Of a stretch of 64,000 bases of DNA, positions 55,571 through 64,000 are shown in pieces (positions within the stretch are counted from its first letter, which is position 1; each line of letters begins with the position of its first letter). This DNA comes from Candidatus Limnocylindrales bacterium (GTDB taxonomy: Bacteria; Chloroflexota; Limnocylindria; Limnocylindrales; CSP1-4). Location of the stretch: NCBI GenBank assembly GCA_035540555.1, contig DATLGJ010000040.1:2656-66655 (forward strand), written 5' to 3'. The translations under genes and the position numbers were made by a program. Below the pieces are notes generated by a model. It did no database searches. It was not told where the DNA came from and saw nothing but the letters and a program-made list of their open reading frames with translations.

Positions 55571-57001
55571 ATGGATCGGTCTTTGAGCGCGGTCCTCGTC
55601 GGGACGTTCCTGCTGCGCTTCAGCACGGGCCTGACCGGCACGATGCTGGTCTACTTCGTCGCCGACCTGCCGGGTCATGGCGGCCCGGAGGTGACCGCCC
55701 TGGTGGTGGGCATCTTCGCCGCCCTCTTCTACCTCGCCGAGCTGACCCTGTCGCCCCTGTTCGGCCTGTTGTCCGACCGGCAGAGCTTCCACCGGGTGAT
55801 GCAGTACGGCCCGCTGTTCGGCGCTGTGGCCGTCTTCATCACCGGCCTGGTGCCGCCGATCTTCCGGGCGGGAGAGACCTTCGACCTGCTCTTCATGACG
55901 GTGAGCCTGGCGACCATAGGACTGATCGTGATCGCCTTCACGCGATGGCTGGAGGGAGCTTCGACGGCGGCCAGCGTGCCCAGCGTGCTCGGCTTCATCG
56001 CCCTCGCCACCTCGGACGACGAGAGCCTCCGTGGTCGCATCGCCGCCCGCTTCGAGCTGGTGACGATCGTCGGCATCGGCGCGGGCATTGTCGCCGCCGG
56101 GCCGCTCTGGCAGGGGATCCCCTGGCGGCAGCTCGGACTGGAACCGGCAGCCGCGTTCTTCCTGAACGGCATCTTCTACATGATCTCGCTGGCCATCTAT
56201 CGCTGGGGGGTAGCCGCGCCCGAGCGGCCGGCCGGCCCGCATCACCATCCGATGTACGGTGTCGCACGCTACTGGCGGCTGGTCACCACCTCTCACGTCT
56301 GGCTGCTCGCGCCGACGTGGATCGCCATCAACGCCGCGCTGGGCCTGTACGCGACCCAGACGCTGTTCGCTCTCGTCCGCACGCCCGACCCGCGCTTCGC
56401 CGACCAGCTGCTGGCCGGCGGCATCGAGCCGCTGCAGGTGACGGCGGGGCTCATCTTTGCCGGCGTCGTCTTCGTGGCCGGGCTGATCTACTGGGGTGAT
56501 CGCTTTGCCCAGTTCCGCCGTACGACGATCATCTTCTACGGGATCATCGGCGGCGCCGTGCTGGTCGCGGCCGTGATGGTCTTCAACTACAGCGCCGGCT
56601 GGCCACTGCCCCTGCAGCTGGCCCTGCTCGCGCCGGCGGTCGGCGGGCTGTTCGTGCTCGCCGGGGCGACACCGGCCGCGCTGGGCCTGCTGGCCGACAT
56701 CTCAGAGACCTACCCGGACGACCGCGGGGCGATCATGGGCCTGTACAGCGTCTTCCTGGCCATCGGCCAGATCATCGGTGCGCTTCTGGGGGGCTTTGCC
56801 TCCGAATGGGCCGCGATCACCGGCATCCTGATCGCCACCGTCGCGCTGCTGGGAATGGCCATCCTGCCGCTCGCCCACCTGCGCGCCTATGAGCACCAGT
56901 TCGTTGCAGGTCCCGGTGGTCATCAACCGCCAACGCCCGAGGACGCCCCCGCCCACGACCCGGAGCACGCGCACGCGGACGCCCACGAAACGGTGCCGTG
57001 A
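55571..57001 (+). CDS. MFS transporter
   Basis: From ATG 55571: 12-TM-like hydrophobic profile and an MFS loop motif (LSDRQSFHRVM). The C-terminal tail is His-rich. Confidence 0.8.
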   Translation: MDRSLSAVLVGTFLLRFSTGLTGTMLVYFVADLPGHGGPEVTALVVGIFAALFYLAELTLSPLFGLLSDRQSFHRVMQYGPLFGAVAVFITGLVPPIFRAGETFDLLFMTVSLATIGLIVIAFTRWLEGASTAASVPSVLGFIALATSDDESLRGRIAARFELVTIVGIGAGIVAAGPLWQGIPWRQLGLEPAAAFFLNGIFYMISLAIYRWGVAAPERPAGPHHHPMYGVARYWRLVTTSHVWLLAPTWIAINAALGLYATQTLFALVRTPDPRFADQLLAGGIEPLQVTAGLIFAGVVFVAGLIYWGDRFAQFRRTTIIFYGIIGGAVLVAAVMVFNYSAGWPLPLQLALLAPAVGGLFVLAGATPAALGLLADISETYPDDRGAIMGLYSVFLAIGQIIGALLGGFASEWAAITGILIATVALLGMAILPLAHLRAYEHQFVAGPGGHQPPTPEDAPAHDPEHAHADAHETVP

Positions 57002-58701
57002 CGCGTTACCAGGCTCGGCCGCGCTACCCGGCGATCGGGGGCGAGCTGGAGCGGGGGTACGCGCCGCTGGCGCGCGAGATCGCCGCACGGCGGCCGATGA
57101 TCGTGGCCGCCGACGGGCCGGCGACAATCGATTGGCGTCAGTTTTCGCAGCAGCTCCGAACGGCTTTGGCCGGCACCGGCATCGAGCTGCGCGTCGAGAG
57201 CACGCTTCCCTTCGTCCGGCCACGCGGCGAGGTCGAGCAACTGACGCTGGCCGGTCCGCTGCGCGACGATCCGGTATTTGCTCCGATCTTCAACGGCGAG
57301 CTCGACGAGCTGATGACGGCCAGGCCGAAAGTGGCGGCTGGCGACGGGGCTGTGACCCTGCTCACGGGACCGGGTGCCGCGCTCGCCGAACACGACCTGA
57401 TGTGGGTGGTCGACCATCCCAAGCGCATCGCGCTGGCCGCCGTGCGCAACGGCCGAGCCGCCACGCTGTCCACTCCGGCCGGCGACCCCGACGGGGAGCG
57501 TCGGCTGATGTTCGTGGACTGGCCTGTGCTCGACCGTCACCGGCGAGGGCATGTGAGCAGCTGCGACCGGTACATCGACCTGAGCCATGCCGCCGCGCCG
57601 GGCTCGCTGGCCGGCGAAGCCCTCCGTCAATCATTGGTGGCACTTGCCGGTGGCCCGTTTCGGACCGTGCCCACCTTCGCGCCCGGGCCGTGGGGCGGCC
57701 AGTGGCTTCGCAGCGAGCTGGGCATAGAGACCGACGGCCCCAACCTGGCCTGGTCGTACGAGCTGATCGCTCCGGAGGCGAGCGTGCTGCTGGGCGAAGA
57801 GCCGGCGCTCGAGGTGGGTTTCGAGATGCTTCTGGGTGTGGCAGGTCGGCAGCTGCTTGGAGCCGAGGTGGACGATCGCTTCGCCGGCGGGTTCCCCATC
57901 CGTTTCGACTACCTCGACACGATGGATGGCGGCAACCTGTCCGTCCACTGCCACCCGCGAGCGGAGTACATGAGCGAGGTGTTCGGCTGGCGCTACACGC
58001 AGCACGAGAGCTACTACGTGATGACCGCGACGCCCGGCTCGCACATCTTCCTCGGCCTGCGCGATCAGTTGGACGCCGAGCAGTTCGAGGCCGCCGCGGC
58101 GCGTTCGCTGGCGGCGGCGCAGCCGCTCGACATCGAAGAGTTCGTGCAGGTCCATCCCGCGGAGCAACACCAGCTATACCTGATCCCGGCGGGCACGCCG
58201 CACGCCAGCAGCGCGGGGAACGTGGTGCTCGAGATCAGCGCGACGCCGTACCTGTACAGCCTGCGCTTCTATGACTGGCTGCGCGCGGACCTCGCCGGCG
58301 AGCTGCGTCCGGTTCAGCTGGGCCACGCTTTCGCCAACCTGAACCTCGAGCGCCGTGGTGTTCGCGTCGCCGAGGAGCTGATCCAGCAGCCGCGCGAGGT
58401 GCGTCGTGGCGATGGGTTCCGCGAGCTCGAGCTGGGCCGCCATGCTGAGCTGTTCTTCGTCGTTCGCCGCGTGGAGATCGATCCGGGCGCAACGGCCGAT
58501 GACGACACCGACGGACGCTTCCATGTACTGAACCTGGTGGAGGGTGAGGCAATCGAGGTGGCGACCGCCGACGGTCGCAGCCACGCGCTCGCCTATGCCG
58601 AGACTCTGGTCGTGCCGGCCTCGGTTGGCCGCTATCGGCTGCGGGCCGATGCGCGTGGGTCGCGTCGGGTGGCGAAAGCCTACGTCGAGCCGGTGGCCTG
58701 A
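56998..58701 (+). CDS. Class I mannose-6-phosphate isomerase-like cupin protein with a ~230-aa N-terminal extension
   Basis: It has PWGGQWL, GFPIRFDYLDTMDGGNLSVHCHP and LIPAGTPHASSAGNVVLEISATP (type I PMI metal and active-site pattern). The GTGA start overlaps the MFS stop. Confidence 0.7.
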   Translation: MTRYQARPRYPAIGGELERGYAPLAREIAARRPMIVAADGPATIDWRQFSQQLRTALAGTGIELRVESTLPFVRPRGEVEQLTLAGPLRDDPVFAPIFNGELDELMTARPKVAAGDGAVTLLTGPGAALAEHDLMWVVDHPKRIALAAVRNGRAATLSTPAGDPDGERRLMFVDWPVLDRHRRGHVSSCDRYIDLSHAAAPGSLAGEALRQSLVALAGGPFRTVPTFAPGPWGGQWLRSELGIETDGPNLAWSYELIAPEASVLLGEEPALEVGFEMLLGVAGRQLLGAEVDDRFAGGFPIRFDYLDTMDGGNLSVHCHPRAEYMSEVFGWRYTQHESYYVMTATPGSHIFLGLRDQLDAEQFEAAAARSLAAAQPLDIEEFVQVHPAEQHQLYLIPAGTPHASSAGNVVLEISATPYLYSLRFYDWLRADLAGELRPVQLGHAFANLNLERRGVRVAEELIQQPREVRRGDGFRELELGRHAELFFVVRRVEIDPGATADDDTDGRFHVLNLVEGEAIEVATADGRSHALAYAETLVVPASVGRYRLRADARGSRRVAKAYVEPVA

Positions 58702-59627
58702 CCGACCTCCTCGGCAAGGAAGCGGCGGATCTCGTCGAGAGCGACGGCGCTGTCGTCGAGCCTCGGATCGCCGATGAAGCCGTGAACGTGGCCCTCGAAC
58801 CGACGCAATCGCGTCGGCACGCCCGCTTCGGCCAGTCGCCTGGCGTACAGCTCGCCTTCGTCGCGTAGCAGGTCGTACTCGGCGGTGATGACCAGGGCCG
58901 GCGGCAGCCCGCCAAGATCGGGTGCCAGCACCGGCGACAGATCGGAGACGGACGCCAGCGTGCCACCATGGACGTACATCGAGCGGTACCAGTCCATGTG
59001 TGCCCGGGTCAAGCCGTAGCCGGTGGCGCACAGCTCGTACGAGTCATAGGCGAACGATCGCGGTCCGTGGCCCATGTCGGTCACGGGGTACAGCATCACC
59101 GTCCCGGCCGGGATCGGGCCATCCGCGTCGCGCAGCCGACGGCTGACCACGGCGGCCAGGGCTCCCCCGGCGCTGTCGCCGGCGGCCACCACCGGGCGAC
59201 CCTCCGACAGGACCCGCTGCGCCCAGCGAAAGGCGCGCTCGGCATCGTCCACGGCGGCCGGGAACGGGTGCTCAGGCGCCAGCCGATAGTCGACCCCGAG
59301 CACCTCCCAGCCGGTCCACCGCGCCAGGCGGCGCAGCCGGCGGTCATAGCCGGCCACGCTGCCCGAGGCGAAGCCGCCGCCGTGGTAGTAGACCAGCACG
59401 CCGGCTGCCGCCTCGGGCGTCGCCCGGTACAGGACTGCCGGCAGGGGCTGCGGGTCGCCGCCGATCGTGACGTTGCTGATCGAGGCCATCGGCTCCGGCG
59501 GTCCGCCCGAGGCGAGCGCCCCGGCATCCGCCAGTCGCCGCACCTTCTCGATCGGCAGCAGGTAGTGCGGCGTCTCCGCCGAGCCCGCGTCCAGCGCGAG
59601 CCGCACCTGAGGGTGCAGCGGCGTCAT
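58680..59627 (-). CDS. Alpha/beta hydrolase, hormone-sensitive-lipase (HSL) family esterase
   Basis: From ATG 59627: VLVYYHGGGFASGS (oxyanion HGGG), AGDSAGGALAA (GDSAG nucleophile elbow), and late D and H (HGF). Confidence 0.85.
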   Translation of the reverse strand: MTPLHPQVRLALDAGSAETPHYLLPIEKVRRLADAGALASGGPPEPMASISNVTIGGDPQPLPAVLYRATPEAAAGVLVYYHGGGFASGSVAGYDRRLRRLARWTGWEVLGVDYRLAPEHPFPAAVDDAERAFRWAQRVLSEGRPVVAAGDSAGGALAAVVSRRLRDADGPIPAGTVMLYPVTDMGHGPRSFAYDSYELCATGYGLTRAHMDWYRSMYVHGGTLASVSDLSPVLAPDLGGLPPALVITAEYDLLRDEGELYARRLAEAGVPTRLRRFEGHVHGFIGDPRLDDSAVALDEIRRFLAEEVGQATGST

Positions 59628-59631
59628 CGCC

Positions 59632-64000
<4,369 letters not shown>

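Overview
This is a high-GC (roughly 70% by eye) bacterial chromosomal window, densely coding on both strands. I can support about 65 protein-coding genes and 2 tRNAs (His-GTG and Arg-TCG, both with encoded CCA). I found no rRNA, CRISPR array, transposase, integrase or phage genes.

Most of the content is housekeeping or metabolic:
- class II (B12-dependent) ribonucleotide reductase nrdJ, with a recognisable promoter and two NrdR-box-like palindromes
- a phosphofructokinase with PPi-type diagnostic residues
- ccsA, adenosine deaminase, glgC, nicotinate phosphoribosyltransferase and RF3 (prfC)
- an orphan MalK/MsiK-type sugar ABC ATPase
- Zn-finger thioredoxin, BioY, a GH43 hydrolase and a rhomboid protease
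- a copper amine oxidase/esterase/LLM cluster
- two luciferase-like (F420-type) oxidoreductases, MFS transporters, and a partial sugar-binding lipoprotein at the right edge

The gene content (RskA-type anti-sigma, MsiK-like ATPase, LLM enzymes, Flp pilin) fits an Actinomycetota-like or related high-GC lineage. I cannot place it more precisely.

The items most worth a second look:
1. An ECF sigma/anti-sigma pair sits divergent from an operon of three genes: an internally duplicated secreted helical protein, a type-1-copper cupredoxin lipoprotein, and a sortase-fold lipoprotein whose catalytic Cys position is Ser.
2. A family of small uncharacterised genes recurs three times within 20 kb (30.6-31.5 kb, 40.0-40.3 kb, 49.4-50.1 kb).
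3. A divergent pair of giant secreted repeat proteins (43.9-49.3 kb) includes a roughly 14-blade Kelch-like array with a 47-nt perfect internal repeat.
4. An unannotated 52-aa Flp pilin gene and a 28-aa hydrophobic micro-ORF both fall below the ORF-track length cutoff.
5. Two genes (an LLM oxidoreductase and a spore-photoproduct-lyase-family radical SAM enzyme) look frameshifted by a single extra base near their 3' ends.
6. Two genes seem to need CTG start codons.

The many long antisense ORFs in the track are mirror-frame artefacts of high GC content and were not called.
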